NCBI RefSeq assembly: GCF_902652985.1
Contig: NC_047017.1
Span: 49,414,001 to 49,478,000, forward strand
Source: Pecten maximus
Lineage: Eukaryota
Direction: 5' to 3'
DNA length: 64,000 nt
Positions 49,490-63,875 of the stretch are shown here, piece by piece. Below the pieces are notes generated by a model, which worked only from the letters and a program-made list of their open reading frames with translations, was not told where the DNA came from and searched no databases. Made by a program: the position numbers and the translations under genes. The stretch's first letter is position 1. The number at the start of each line of letters is the position of its first letter.

Positions 49490-50003
49490 GGTGAAGTAGG
49501 ACGGACAGTAGGGACAAGCAGAGAAACCGGCCAAATTCCAAAGACCAGTGTTTTTATCAGTTTTTCACATTGCCATTGGCTGCGATTCGTCGGGTGATCA
49601 ATATACAATGTATTTAACACGCTTCAGTATTATGATCGTAATATCAAAGCGTTTGTGTGACCAAAAGCATTTGACAGTTTATGTGTATCAGGAACATGTT
49701 ACCTGCTTTATAAAATTCCGAATGATGAAAGACCGGTCAACGAATTGTTTGATATTTGTTGTATCAATTGATTTGAATTTGATTGTCGCAAATATTAATT
49801 AATGGCTATTAGCAACAAAATTCCGTAGTCTTCACATAATCAAACATTTAATGTTTTACCAAAATATGTAATGCATGGTTTTTCACACGACACCGTCGTA
49901 ACAGGAAGTTGACATGTGGTCTGCTAGGGTTCTGCTAGGGCTCTACTACGGCCTGTAGACTGGCTGGCATATCAAGATGTCAAGTCAAACAACAATACCG
50001 AAG
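49490..50003. promoter_or_regulatory. Putative bidirectional promoter between GNPAT and the secreted hydrolase gene
   Basis: Divergent ATGs 514 bp apart (49489 minus, 50004 plus); CpG-richer; ETS-like caggaagt at ~49902; duplicated ctgctaggg. Confidence 0.6.
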
Positions 50004-53000
50004 ATGAAAACTACATTATTTGCTTTCGTGTTTTTAACTGCATTTATTCAATATTCAATATCGAAAAAGAAAGACAGTTTCGTAAGTAAACTGAACAAAA
50101 ATCTACAAATGTATCTGTTCAGTTCAGACTCATGATGATGATGACGACTGACACATTGTCTATAACATAACGTTACTAATTACTTTGCATTTAAAACCTT
50201 GTGCGTCTGTATTTGAAAAGTATTATATTGAATATTGTATTTATTATATAACTCTTTCTTGTGTGCCCTGTCCCTAGGCCGTCAGATTACAACCACAGTG
50301 ATCTAGGACCCTTTCAATATAACAAGATCCAGGTTGATACCAAGTTCATACTTAACTCTCAAAAAGACTACAAAGAGGTGTCTATCACTAAACTGGAGCC
50401 TAGTGAACCAGCAAGGCCATATCAAATGCTTTAAGCAGATCAGAAATCAACATGTTATGGCGGAAATAAATAGCTCAGAAACAGTTGACCTGGACAGCAG
50501 ATACATGTACATGTCATATTTGGTATAGTTAAGACACAAAAAGTGACTAATACACAATTAATCCTTCCTCTTTTTAGAAGTTTTGATCCATAATATTCTA
50601 AAGAAATAGTATAGGGATGGGATGTGAAGCACAATTTTGATTCTAATGAACTTTCAATTTCAAACACTTTATCTGTTAAAGCCAAACTTCCCAGCAAGAT
50701 GTGTTTATGGTCATCTCTACCTATTTAACGTTATAGTCATCTCTACGTATTGAATGTTATAGTCATCTCTACGTATTGAATGTTACAGTCATCTCTACCT
50801 ATTGAATGTTAATGTCATCTTTAAATATTGAATGTTATAGTCATTTCTACCTGTTGAAAGTTATAGTCATCTCTACCTGTTGAACATTATAGTCATCTCT
50901 ACCTATTGAACGTTATAGTCATCTCTACCTATTGAACATTATAGTCATCTCTGCCTATTGAATGTTATAGTCATCTCTACCTATTGAATGTTATAGTCAT
51001 CTCTACCTATTGAACGTTATAGTCATCTCTACCTATTGAATGTTATAGTCATCTCTACCTATTGAACGTTATAGTCATCTCTACCTATTGAACGTTATAG
51101 TCATCTCTACCTATTGAACATTATAGTCATCTCTGCCTATTGAATGTTATAGTCATCTCTACCTATTGAACATTATAGTCATCTCTACCTATTGAACATA
51201 ATAGTCATCTCTTCCTATTGAATGTTACAGTCATCTCTACCTATTGAATGTTACTGTCATCTCTACCTATTGAACATTATAGTCATCTCTACCTGTTGAA
51301 CATTATAGTCATCTCTACCTGTTGAACATAATAGTCATCTCTTCCTATTGAATGTTACAGTCATCTCTACCTATTGAATGTTACTGTCATCTCTACCTAT
51401 TGAACATTATAGTCATCTCTACCTGTTGAACATTATAGTCATCTCTACCTGTTGAACGTTATAGTCATCTCTACCTATTGAATGTTACAGTCATCTCTAC
51501 TTATTGAATGTTACTGTCATCTCTACCTATTGAATGTTACTGTCATCTCTACCTATTGAACATTATAGTCATCTCTACCTGTTGAACATTATAGTCATCT
51601 CTACCTGTTGAACGTTATAGTCATCTCTACCTATTGAACGTTATAGTCATCTCTACTTATTGAATGTTACTGTCATCTCTACCTATTGAATGTTACTGTC
51701 ATCTCTACCTATTTAATGTTATAGTCATCTCTACCTATTGAATGTTATAGTCATCTCTACCTATTGAATGTTACAGTCATCTCTACCTATTTAATGTTAT
51801 AGTCATCTCTACCTATTGAATGTTACAGTCATCTCTACCTATTTAATGTTATAGTCATCTCTACCTATTGAACATTATAGTCATCTCTACCTATTGAATG
51901 TTATAGTCATCTCTGCCTATTGAATGTTATAGTCATCTCTACCTATTGAATGTTATAGTCATCTCTACCTATTGAACATTATAGTCATCTCTGCCTATTG
52001 AATGTTATAGTCATCTCTACCTATTGAATGTTACAGTCATCTCTACCTATTAAATGTTACAGTCATCTCTGCCTATTGAATGTTATAGTCATCTCTACCT
52101 ATTGAACATTATAGTCATCTCTACCTATTGAACATAATAGTCATCTCTTCCTATTGAATGTTACAGTCATCTCTACCTATTGAATGTTACTGTCATTTCT
52201 ACCTATTGAACATTATAGTCATCTCTACCTGTTGAACATTATAGTCATCTCTACCTGTTGAACATAATAGTCATCTCTTCCTATTGAATGTTACAGTCAT
52301 CTCTACCTATTGAATGTTACTGTCATCTCTACCTATTGAACATTATAGTCATCTCTACCTATTGAACATAATAGTCATCTCTTCCTATTGAATGTTACAG
52401 TCATCTCTACCTATTGAATGTTACTGTCATTTCTACCTATTGAACATTATAGTCATCTCTACCTGTTGAACATTATAGTCATCTCTACCTGTTGAACGTT
52501 ATAGTCATCTCTACCTATTGAATGTTACAGTCATCTCTACTTATTGAATGTTACTGTCATCTCTACCTATTGAATGTTACTGTCATCTCTACCTATTGAA
52601 CATTATAGTCATCTCTACCTGTTGAACATTATAGTCATCTCTACCTGTTGAACGTTATAGTCATCTCTACCTATTGAACGTTATAGTCATCTCTACTTAT
52701 TGAATGTTACTGTCATCTCTACCTATTGAATGTTACTGTCATCTCTACCTATTTAATGTTATAGTCATCTCTACCTATTGAATGTTATAGTCATCTCTAC
52801 CTATTGAATGTTACAGTCATCTCTACCTATTTAATGTTATAGTCATCTCTACCTATTGAATGTTACAGTCATCTCTACCTATTTAATGTTATAGTCATCT
52901 CTACCTATTGAACATTATAGTCATCTCTACCTATTGAATGTTATAGTCATCTCTGCCTATTGAATGTTATAGTCATCTCTACCTATTGAATGTTACTGTC

Positions 53001-56000
53001 ATCTCTACCTATTTAATGTTACAGTCATCTCTACCTATTTAATGTTATAGTCATCTCTACCTATTGAACATTATAGTCATCTCTACCTATTGAATGTTAC
53101 TGTCATCTCTACCTATTGAATGTTACTGTCATCTCTACCTATTGAATGTTACAGTCATCTCTACGTATTGAATGTTACAGTCATCTCTACCTATTGAATG
53201 TTACTGTCATCTCTACGTATTGAATGTTATAGTCATCTCTACCTATTGAATGTTACAGTCATCTCTACCTATTGAATGTTACAGTCATCTCTACCTATTG
53301 AATGTTATAGTCATCTCTACGTATTGAATGTTACAGTCATCTCTACGTATTGAATGTTACAGTCATCTCTACCTATTGAATGTTATAGTCATCTCTACCT
53401 ATTGAATGTTACTGTCATCTCTACGTATTGAATGTTACTGTCATCTCTACCTATTGAATGTTATAGTCATCTCTACGTATTTAATGTTACAGTCATCTCT
53501 ACCTATTTAATGTTACAGTCATCTACGTATTGAATGTTATAGTCATCTCTACCTATTGAATGTTACTGTCATCTCTACCTATTTAATGTTACAGTCATCT
53601 CTACGTATTGAATGTTACTGTCATCTCTACGTATTGAATGTTACTGTCATCTCTACCTATTTAATGTTACAGTCATCTCTACGTATTGAATGTTACTGTC
53701 ATCTCTACGTATTGAATGTTACTGTCATCTCTACCTATTTAATGTTACAGTCATCTCTACGTATTGAATGTTACTGTCATCTCTACCTCTTGAATGTTAC
53801 AGTCATCTCTACCTATTTAATGTTACAGTCATCTACGTATTGAATGTTATAGTCATTTCTACGTATTGAATGTTATAGTCATCTCTACCTATTGAATGTT
53901 ACAGTCATCTCTACCTATTGAATGTTATAGTCATCTCTACCTATTGAATGTTATAGTCATCTCTACCTATTGAATGTTACTGTCATCTCTACCTATTGAA
54001 TGTTACAGTCATCTCTACCTATTGAATGTTATAGTCATCTCTACCTATTGAATGTTATAGTCATCTCTACCTATTGAATGTTATAGTCATCTCTACCTAT
54101 TGAATGTTACTGTCATCTCTACCTATTTAATGTTACAGTCATCTACGTATTGAATGTTACTGTCATCTCTACCTATTGAATGTTACTGTCATCTCTACCT
54201 ATTGAATGTTATAGTCATCTCTACCTATTGAATGTTACTGTCATCTCTACCTATTGAATGTTATAGTCATCTCTACCTATTGAATGTTACAGTCATCTCT
54301 ACCTATTGAATGTTACTGTCATTTCTACCTATTGAATGTTATAGTCATCTCTACCTATTGAATGTTATAGTCATCTCTACCTATTGAATGTTATAGTCAT
54401 CTCTACCTATTGAATGTTACTGTCATCTCTACCTATTTAATGTTACAGTCATCTACGTATTGAATGTTACTGTCATCTCTACCTATTGAATGTTACTGTC
54501 ATCTCTACCTATTGAATGTTATAGTCATCTCTACCTATTGAATGTTACTGTCATCTCTACCTATTGAATGTTATAGTCATCTCTACCTATTGAATGTTAC
54601 AGTCATCTCTACCTATTGAATGTTACTGTCATTTCTACCTATTTAATGTTATAGTCATCTCTACCTATTGAATGTTACAGTCATCTCTACCTATTGAATG
54701 TTATAGTCATCTCTACCTATTGAATGTTACTGTCATCTCTACCTATTGAATGTTATAGTCATCTCTACCTATTGAATGTTATAGTCATCTCTACCTATTG
54801 AATGTTACTGTCATCTCTACCTATTGAATGTTACTGTCATCTCTACCTATTTAATGTTACAGTCATCTACGTATTGAATGTTACTGTCATCTCTACCTAT
54901 TGAACATTATAGTCATCTCTACCTATTGAACGTTATAGTCATCTCTACCTATTTAATGTTATAGTCATCTCTACCTATTTAATGTTACTGTCATTTCTAC
55001 CTATTGAATGTTACTGTCATTTCTACCTATTGAATGTTACTGTCATTTCTACCTATTGAACATTATAGTCATCTCTACCTATTGAACATTATAGTCATCT
55101 CTACCTATTGAATGTTATAGTCACCTCTACCTATTGAATGTTACTGTCATCTCTACCTATTGAACATTATAGTCATCTCTTCCTATTGAACATTATAGTC
55201 ATCTCTGCCTATTGAACATTATAGTCATCTTTTCCTATTGAACATTATAGTCATCTCTACCTATTTAACATTATAGTCATCTCTACCTATTGAACATTAT
55301 AGTCATCTCTTCCTATTGAACATTATAGTCATCTCTGCCTATTGAACATTATAGTCATCTCTTCCTATTGAACATTATAGTCATCTCTACCTATTGAACA
55401 TTATAGTCATCTCTACCTATTGAACATTATAGTCATCTCTTCCTATTGAGCATTATAGTCATCTTTTCCTATTGAACATTTTAGTCATCTCTACCTATTT
55501 AACATTATAGTCATCTCTACCTATTGAACATTATAGTCATCTCTTCCTATTGAACATTATAGTCATCTTTTCCTATTGAACATTATAGTAATTTCTTCCT
55601 ATTGAACATTATAGTCATCTCTACCTATTGAATGTTATAGTCATCTCTACCTATTGAACATTATAGTCATTTCTACCTATTGAACGTTATAGTCATCTCT
55701 ACCTATTGAACATTATAGTCATCTCTACCTATTGAACATTATAGTCATCTCTACCTATTGAACATTATAGTCATCTCTACCTATTGAATGTTATAGTCAT
55801 CTCTACCTATTGAATGTTACTGTCATCTCTGCCTATTGAATGTTATAGTCATCTCTACGTATTGAATGTTACTGTCATCTCTACCTATTGAACATTATAG
55901 TCATCTCTACCTATTGAACGTTATAGTCATCTCTACCTATTGAACGTTATAGTCATCTCTGCCTATTGAATGTTACAGTCATCTCTACCTATTGAATGTT

Positions 56001-59000
56001 ATAGTCATCTCTACCTATTGAATGTTACTGTCATCTCTACCTATTGAACATTATAGTCATCTCTTCCTATTGAACATTATAGTAATCTCTTCCTATTGAA
56101 CATTATAGTCATCTCTACCTATTGAACATTATAGTCATCTCTTCCTATTGAACGTTTTAGTCATCTCTTCCTATTGAACATGATAGTCATCTCTTCCTAT
56201 TGAACATTATAGTCATCTCTTCCTATTGAACGTTTTAGTCATCTCTTCCTATTGAACATTATAGTCATCTCTTCCTATTGAACATTATAGTCATCTCTTC
56301 CTATTGAACGTTTTAGTCATCTCTTCCTATTGAATGTTATAGTCATCTCTTCCTATTGAATGTTATAGTCATCTCTACCTATTGAATGTTACTGTCATCT
56401 CTACCTATTTAATGTTACAGTCATCTCTACCTATTTAATGTTACAGTCATCTACGTATTGAATGTTACTGTCATCTCTACCTATTGAATGTTACAGTCAT
56501 CTCTACCTATTGAATGTTACTGTCATCTCTACCTATTGAATGTTACAGTCATCTCTACCTATTGAATGTTACTGTCATCTCTACCTATTGAATGTTACAG
56601 TCATCTCTACCTATTGAATGTTATAGTCATCTCTACCTATTGAACGTTATAGTCATCTCTACCTGTTGAATGTTACTGTCATCTACGTATTGAATGTTAC
56701 TGTCATCTCTACCTATTTAATGTTACTGTCATCTCTACCTATTGAATGTTATAGTCATCTCTACCTATTGAATGTTATAGTCATCTCTACCTATTGAATG
56801 TTACTGTCATCTCTACCTATTTAATGTTACAGTCATCTACGTATTGAATGTTACTGTCATCTCTACCTATTGAATGTTACTGTCATCTCTACCTATTGAA
56901 TGTTATAGTCATCTCTACCTATTGAATGTTACTGTCATCTCTACCTATTGAATGTTACTGTCATCTCTACCTATTGAATGTTATAGTCATCTCTACCTAT
57001 TGAATGTTATAGTCATCTCTACCTATTGAATGTTACAGTCATCTCTACCTATTGAATGTTACTGTCATCTCTACCTATTGAATGTTACAGTCATCTCTAC
57101 CTATTGAATGTTACTGTCATCTCTACCTATTGAATGTTACTGTCATCTCTACCTATTGAATGTTACTGTCATCTCTACCTATTTAATGTTACAGTCATCT
57201 CTACCTATTGAATGTTACTGTCATCTCTACCTATTGAATGTTACTGTCATCTCTACCTATTGAATGTTACTGTCATCTCTACCTATTGAATGTTACTGTC
57301 ATCTCTACGTATTGAATGTTACTGTCATCTCTACCTATTGAACATTATAGTCATCTCTACCTATTGAACGTTATAGTCATCTCTACCTATTGAATGTTAT
57401 AGTCATCTCTACCTATTTAATGTTACTGTCATTTCTACCTATTGAATGTTACTGTCATTTCTACCTATTGAATGTTACTGTCATTTCTACCTATTGAATG
57501 TTACAGTCATCTACGTATTGAACATAATAGTCATCTCTTCCTATTGAATGTTACTGTCATCTCTACCTATTGAATGTTACTGTCATTTCTACCTATTGAA
57601 TGTTACTGTCATTTCTACCTATTGAATGTTACTGTCATCTCTACCTATTTAATGTTACAGTCATCTCTACCTATTTAATGTTACTGTCATTTCTACCTAT
57701 TGAATGTTACTGTCATTTCTACCTATTGAATGTTACTGTCATTTCTACCTATTGAACATTATAGTCATCTCTACCTATTGAACATTATAGTAATCTCTTC
57801 CTATTGAACATTATAGTCATCTCTACCTATTGAACGTTATAGTCATCTCTACCTATTGAATGTTACTGTCATCTCTACCTATTGAATGTTATAGTCATCT
57901 CTACCTATTTAATGTTACTGTCATCTCTACCTATTGAATGTTATAGTCACCTCTACCTATTGAATGTTACAGTCATCTACGTATTGAATGTTACAGTCAT
58001 CTCTACCTATTGAACATTATAGTCATCTCTTCCTATTGAACATTATAGTCATCTCTGCCTATTGAACATTATAGTCATCTCTTCCTATTGAACATTATAG
58101 TCATCTCTGCCTATTGAACATTATAGTCATCTCTTCCTATTGAACATTATAGTCATCTCTACCTATTGAACATTATAGTCATCTCTACCTATTGAACATT
58201 ATAGTCATCTCTTCCTATTGAACATTATAGTCATCTTTTCCTATTGAACATTTTAGTCATCTCTACCTATTTAACATTATAGTCATCTCTACCTATTGAA
58301 CATTATAGTCATCTCTTCCTATTGAACATTATAGTCATCTTTTCCTATTGAACATTATAGTAATTTCTTCCTATTGAACATTATAGTCATCTCTACCTAT
58401 TGAATGTTATAGTCATCTCTACCTATTGAACATTATAGTCATTTCTACCTATTGAACGTTATAGTCATCTCTACCTATTGAACATTATAGTCATCTCTAC
58501 CTATTGAACATTATAGTCATCTCTACCTATTGAACATTATAGTCATCTCTACCTATTGAATGTTATAGTCATCTCTACCTATTGAATGTTACTGTCATCT
58601 CTGCCTATTGAATGTTATAGTCATCTCTACCTATTGAATGTTACTGTCATCTCTACCTATTGAACATTATAGTCATCTCTACCTATTGAACGTTATAGTC
58701 ATCTCTACCTATTGAACGTTATAGTCATCTCTGCCTATTGAATGTTACAGTCATCTCTACCTATTGAATGTTATAGTCATCTCTACCTATTGAATGTTAC
58801 TGTCATCTCTACCTATTGAACATTATAGTCATCTCTTCCTATTGAACATTATAGTAATCTCTTCCTATTGAACATTATAGTCATCTCTACCTATTGAACA
58901 TTATAGTCATCTCTTCCTATTGAACGTTTTAGTCATCTCTTCCTATTGAACGTTTTAGTCATCTCTTCCTATTTAACATTATAGTCATCTCTTCCTATTG

Positions 59001-62000
59001 AACGTTTTAGTCATCTCTACCTATTGAACGTTTTAGTCATCTCTTCCTATTGAACGTTTTAGTCATCTCTTCCTATTGAACATGATAGTCATCTCTTCCT
59101 ATTGAACATTATAGTCATCTCTTCCTATTGAACGTTTTAGTCATCTCTTCCTATTGAACATTATAGTCATCTCTTCCTATTGAACATTATAGTCATCTCT
59201 TCCTATTGAACGTTTTAGTCATCTCTTCCTATTGAATGTTATAGTCATCTCTTCCTATTGAATGTTATAGTCATCTCTACCTATTGAACGTTTTAGTCAT
59301 CTCTTCCTATTTAACATTATAGTAATTTCTTCCTTCCAATGTTTTCAGTCATCTCTACCTATTTAACGTTTTAGTCATCTTTAATTATTAGCTCACCTGG
59401 TCCGAAGGACCAAGGTGAGCTTATGCCATACCGTGGCGTCCGTCGTCCGTCCGTCCGTCGTCCGTCTGTCGTCCGTCTGTCGTCCGTCCGTCCGTCCGTC
59501 CGTCCGTCAACAATTGAATTATTTGACTTCTTCTTCATAACCGCTGATTGGAATTTCACCAAATTTGGTCAGAAGCATCCCCATGGGTAGGGGACTCAAA
59601 ATTGTACAAATGATGGGGCTGATCCCCTGGGGGCCTCTGGGGCGGGGCGTAAAGGGGTCAATTTAGCTATTTTGATATAAACGACTTCTTCTCTGAAACC
59701 GAGCAATGGATATCGCTCATATTTGCTTGGTAGCATCACTATGGGGTGGGGATTCAAAATTGTACAAATGATGGGGCTGACCCCCTGGGGGCCTCTGGGG
59801 CGGGGCCAAATGAGGTCAATCGGGCTATATTGATATAAACGACTTCTTCTCTGAAACCGAGCATTGGATATGGCTCATATTTGCCTGGTAGCATCACTAT
59901 GTGGTGGGAATTCAAAATTGTACAAATGATGGGGCTGACCCCCCAGGGGCCTGAGGGGTGGGGCCAAATGTGGTCAATTGGGCTCTATTGATATAAACGA
60001 CTTCTTCTCTGAAACTGAGCAATGGATATCGCTCATATTTGCCTGGTAGCATCACCATTGAGTGGGAACTCAAAATTGTATAAGTGGTGGGGCTGACACC
60101 CCGGGGCGCTGAGGGGCGGGGCCAAACAGGGTCAATTTGGCTAAATTGATATAAACAACTTCTCCTCTGAAACTAAGCAATGGATATCTCACATATTTGA
60201 CTGGTAATATCCCCTTGGGGTAGGGATTCAAAATTGTACAAATGATAGGGCTGACCCCCCTGAGGGCTGAGGGGCGGGCCAGAAGGGGTCAATTTGCCTA
60301 AATTGATATAAACAACTTCTTCTCTGAAACTAAGCAATGGATTAATATATATCGCTCATATTCGCCTGGTAGCATCCCCTTGAGGTAGAGATTCAAAATT
60401 GTACAATTGGTGGGGCTGACCCCCGGGGGGCCAAAAGGGATCAATTTGGCTAAATTGACATTTTTAGAATTACAATAAAAACAATGTTCATGTAACCATA
60501 TGAAATGCCTATGATATACTGACATAGCAATACCAGTGGCAAATATACTTAAGCATAGTTCTTGTTTCATATATCATGAAACCAGGTGAGCGATACAGGC
60601 CCTCTGGGCCTCTTGTTTAACTTTCAATGTGTTTTCCTTTTCAGGATGTAAAAGAATTTTTCGACAAAGAAAAGAAGAAGTTTACAGCCGCTTGTCCTAA
60701 AAAGATAACACCTAACAGTATAAACCGTTTAAGGTGGACAGCAGAGGTATTATTAATTACACTAGATGTAAAGTATTAACCGTTTAAAATGGACAGCAGA
60801 GGTATTATTTATTACACTAGATGTAAAGTATTAACCGTTTAAGGTGGACAGCAGAGGTAATATTTATTACACTAGATGTAAAGTATTAACTGTTTAAGGT
60901 GGACAGCAGAGGTAATATTTATTACACTAGATGTAAAGTATTAACCTTTTAAGGTGGACAGCAAATGTAATATTAATTACAGTAGATGTAACATCTCAAT
61001 CCACTAACCTATAGATAAACATTTGGTGTCTTTTCATATCTTTGTCTTATAATGGCTCCTGTCAACATTAAAAGGTGCTTGATTTAAATAGTAATAGTTC
61101 ATATATTTTTTACATAGATTTGATGCAATCATGTAAGAGAAAAATAATCCATTATCCATATGTCTTCGCGATCTTCTCAGTCTAGGGCTGTCAATCTGTA
61201 ACTTCTCATTCTCAGCTAAACCTAAAACAAGATTTTGTTACAGAATATCAGCCCTCAACTGATTAATCACCTCAAACAACAAAGGTAACAAATTCTAGTA
61301 AGAAATGTATCAAAGATATACTACCAAATATGTAAATGCAAGTAAAGGGGTACCAATCATAGCATAGGCCAGGCATCACAGTGGTTATTTAATAAGTTAC
61401 GAACCTGAGCTATGTTGTTATTAGAACCCCTCTACACACAGGGATTTGACACATTCCTATGACCCAGAATGAAATACATTAACCCAAGGATCTGAACCCT
61501 AGAACAATAATAAGTGATCTGAGGGTCGGACCCTGGGGTTAGATATTTCATTCTCTGTCAAAGGAATGTGTCAAGCCCCTGTGTGTGTACCAAAATGAAT
61601 ATGACAGGATCAGTATTGATACATGTTTACCAGTTTCTTAATTTATCACAGATTGACCAAGCAATTTCATGTATACTAATTGCTCTGGATACCAAGGAAA
61701 ATGATGGATTTCAGTGGTCTGCCCTTGGTATGCTGTACCAGAGGAAAGGACAGTCATCTCAAGCAGTCTCCTGCTTCAGATATGCATCAAAACTCTCAGG
61801 GAAGGTCAGCCCATTTGTTACCTCATGGGATTTTATTGGGCCATTTGTCATTGGAAAAATGGAGCTTGATGGTGATCCAATGGAACCATTCGGTGGTATT
61901 TTTGAAGTTTCCAAAAAAAGAAACAACAAAAATGTTAGATTTTTCTCAGAGTTGGTACCCAAAGGAGAAATTCAGTGGAAGACCTTCAAGCAGACTTATA

Positions 62001-63875
62001 ATGGCGAAACCATTAAAATTAGTCCCCAAGTAAATTGGAATGACCTGGTAAACTCCCTTAGTTCCATGGGGATTACAGAATGGCAGGGGTGGGTGGTAGG
62101 GGAGTTTGCTGTGAATGAGAAAGACCAGATGGTAGTGTTCCAGTGTTTGGATGTCCACACCTTTTACATTGATGGCAGACCACTGACGGGTGATGTGTAC
62201 CGTAGAGATGTGTTCTGGACCACAACCCACCTCTCACAGGGTATCCATACCATCTACATTCGTCTACGCTCTAAAGTAGCTGCAAATTTTAAGTGCTCTA
62301 TAAAGATACCACCATCAAGTTTTGAAGTGCTCACTCCTCACTACCTTCCAGATCTTGTTAATGGTCACTTATTTGGTAAACATGTTGCACTTCCAGTGAC
62401 AAATCATCATCATACAAAATGGGTTCGTGTTTCCAAGGTAACTGTGACTGACCAATCAGATGGAAATAAATTGAAAAGTTATTTGCTACATTCTGTCAGT
62501 ATTGCTCCAGGTCAGACAATTCCGATTCTGTTTTCGTTGGAGACTGCAGATAATGACATATTGCTTACAAAGTGTTCTACTATAAACATGATCCTATCCA
62601 TTACAACATCTGCAGGAACCATGCCCTTCCAAATTAATCTCCGCTGTAGGAAGCCTGGAGAGTCCTTCCTGTTTACCTTTTTAGACCATGATGGATCTGT
62701 ACAGCATGCAGCGGCCATTGCCCCAATTGTGGGATGTGGGGGCACCACCTGTCCTACCGTTCTTACATTACACGGTACCACAGTCCCACCGCAGAATCAG
62801 GCGGACAGCTACAAGGTAATGAGGAACGGAGAATATGTATTTGGGATTCCACATGCTTGGCTGCTGGCTCCAACACGGTATGTCTTTATGTCATCAATTT
62901 ATTTCTTCCAATATCAAGTAGTGGCTTCATTTCATGTCATATTTTAATATTCTATCAGCAATATCCTTTTGTAAGTTAGTGCTTTATGGAATATCATGAG
63001 CAGTGAAATAATGAAGTTTTGCTGGATCTCATTTATAGACTGTACCTAAGTATGCTATCTTTCTTGATTCTCGATGCTTAATGTGGAAAGTAGATTGATT
63101 TTATATATCAAACACTGATTCACTTGATGACAATATATATATGATGGCTATAGACATGGTGCCCATAACTGGGAGGGGCCTGGCAGTCTCACAGCTATGA
63201 CTGCCTTGGACAGACTGGTATCGCTGACTCACTCCAGTGACTGGATCTCTGACAAGGCAGACAACTCTAAGGTACTGTTTGCAGGTAAGTACCTTGGAAA
63301 AGGTCTGGATAATTGGATGGAAATTTATAGTGTTAGATTACATGTTCCTAGTCTACCAAAAATGTCTGTTGTTGCTGGCTGTGGTAACCTAGCTGCCTAA
63401 ACAGGTGAGGCGACTGGTCAGAATTTTGAAGATGGTTAAATTTAAGGAGATCAAAATTCACCTATTAATATGTCTACTTTTTAGACCCTGATGCAGTTGT
63501 CCTGTACATTTTATTACCTATTTGCTGGAGTTGATATACAAAATGTATGTTTATATGTCCTTTACATTGTGTAATATGATGTAATGTGACGTGCATTAGA
63601 GTAATTTTCCAAATTAGATAGTGTGCTATGTATATGTTTTATATTATTATTTAGTGGACTGGGAAGGACATTCCTAACCAAACATTTGCGTTGTTGTCAC
63701 TAAGTTATATATATTGACCATGTTCACATCATAAATTTTACTGTCTAGGTCATTCAATGGGAGGACATGGTGCGTGGCACCTAGCTACACACTTCCCTGA
63801 CCGAGCCCTCGGATTGGTATCACTTGCGGGGTGGATTAAGAAGGAGGAATATGGAGACAGCAATCTTTTCTTTAG
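50004..63875 (+). CDS. Secreted TPR-containing alpha/beta-hydrolase (S9 peptidase/esterase-like), 3'-partial
   Basis: Exons 50004-50081 (signal peptide MKTTLFAFVFLTAFIQYSIS), 60645-60746, 61652-62877, 63154-63284, 63749-63875; all GT-AG and phase-consistent. TPR-like IDQAISC…WSALGMLYQRKGQSSQAVSCFRYA; oxyanion-type VLTLHG; nucleophile elbow GHSMGG assembled across an intron, followed by HGAWHLATHFPD. Continues beyond the window. Confidence 0.85.
50708..59382. repeat. 26-bp satellite array (agtcatctctacctattgaatgttat), ~330 copies, 8.7 kb, in intron 1 of the hydrolase gene
   Basis: Continuous 26-bp period with a limited set of variant units. Confidence 0.97.
59388..60617. mobile_element. HINE family A, uninterrupted copy (inverted relative to 21800-25698)
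   Basis: ttagctcacctggtccgaaggaccaaggtgagct hairpin, (ccgt)n microsatellite, ~158-bp repeats (59681/59839/59997…), caggtgagcgatacaggccctctgggcctcttgtt end. Confidence 0.9.
60723..60992 (+). repeat. 55-bp tandem array x5 derived from exon 2 end plus donor of the hydrolase gene
   Basis: aaccgtttaaggtggacagcagag|gtattattaattacactagatgtaaagtatt at 60723, 60778, 60833, 60888, 60943. Confidence 0.9.

Noticed and set aside
50708-59382. CRISPR-like regular array
   Set aside because: No unique spacers, only head-to-tail 26-bp monomers; eukaryotic intron; no cas genes.
61568-61651. Start of the 459-aa ORF as gene start
   Set aside because: It is intronic read-through upstream of the acceptor at 61651; upstream exons supply the signal peptide in frame.
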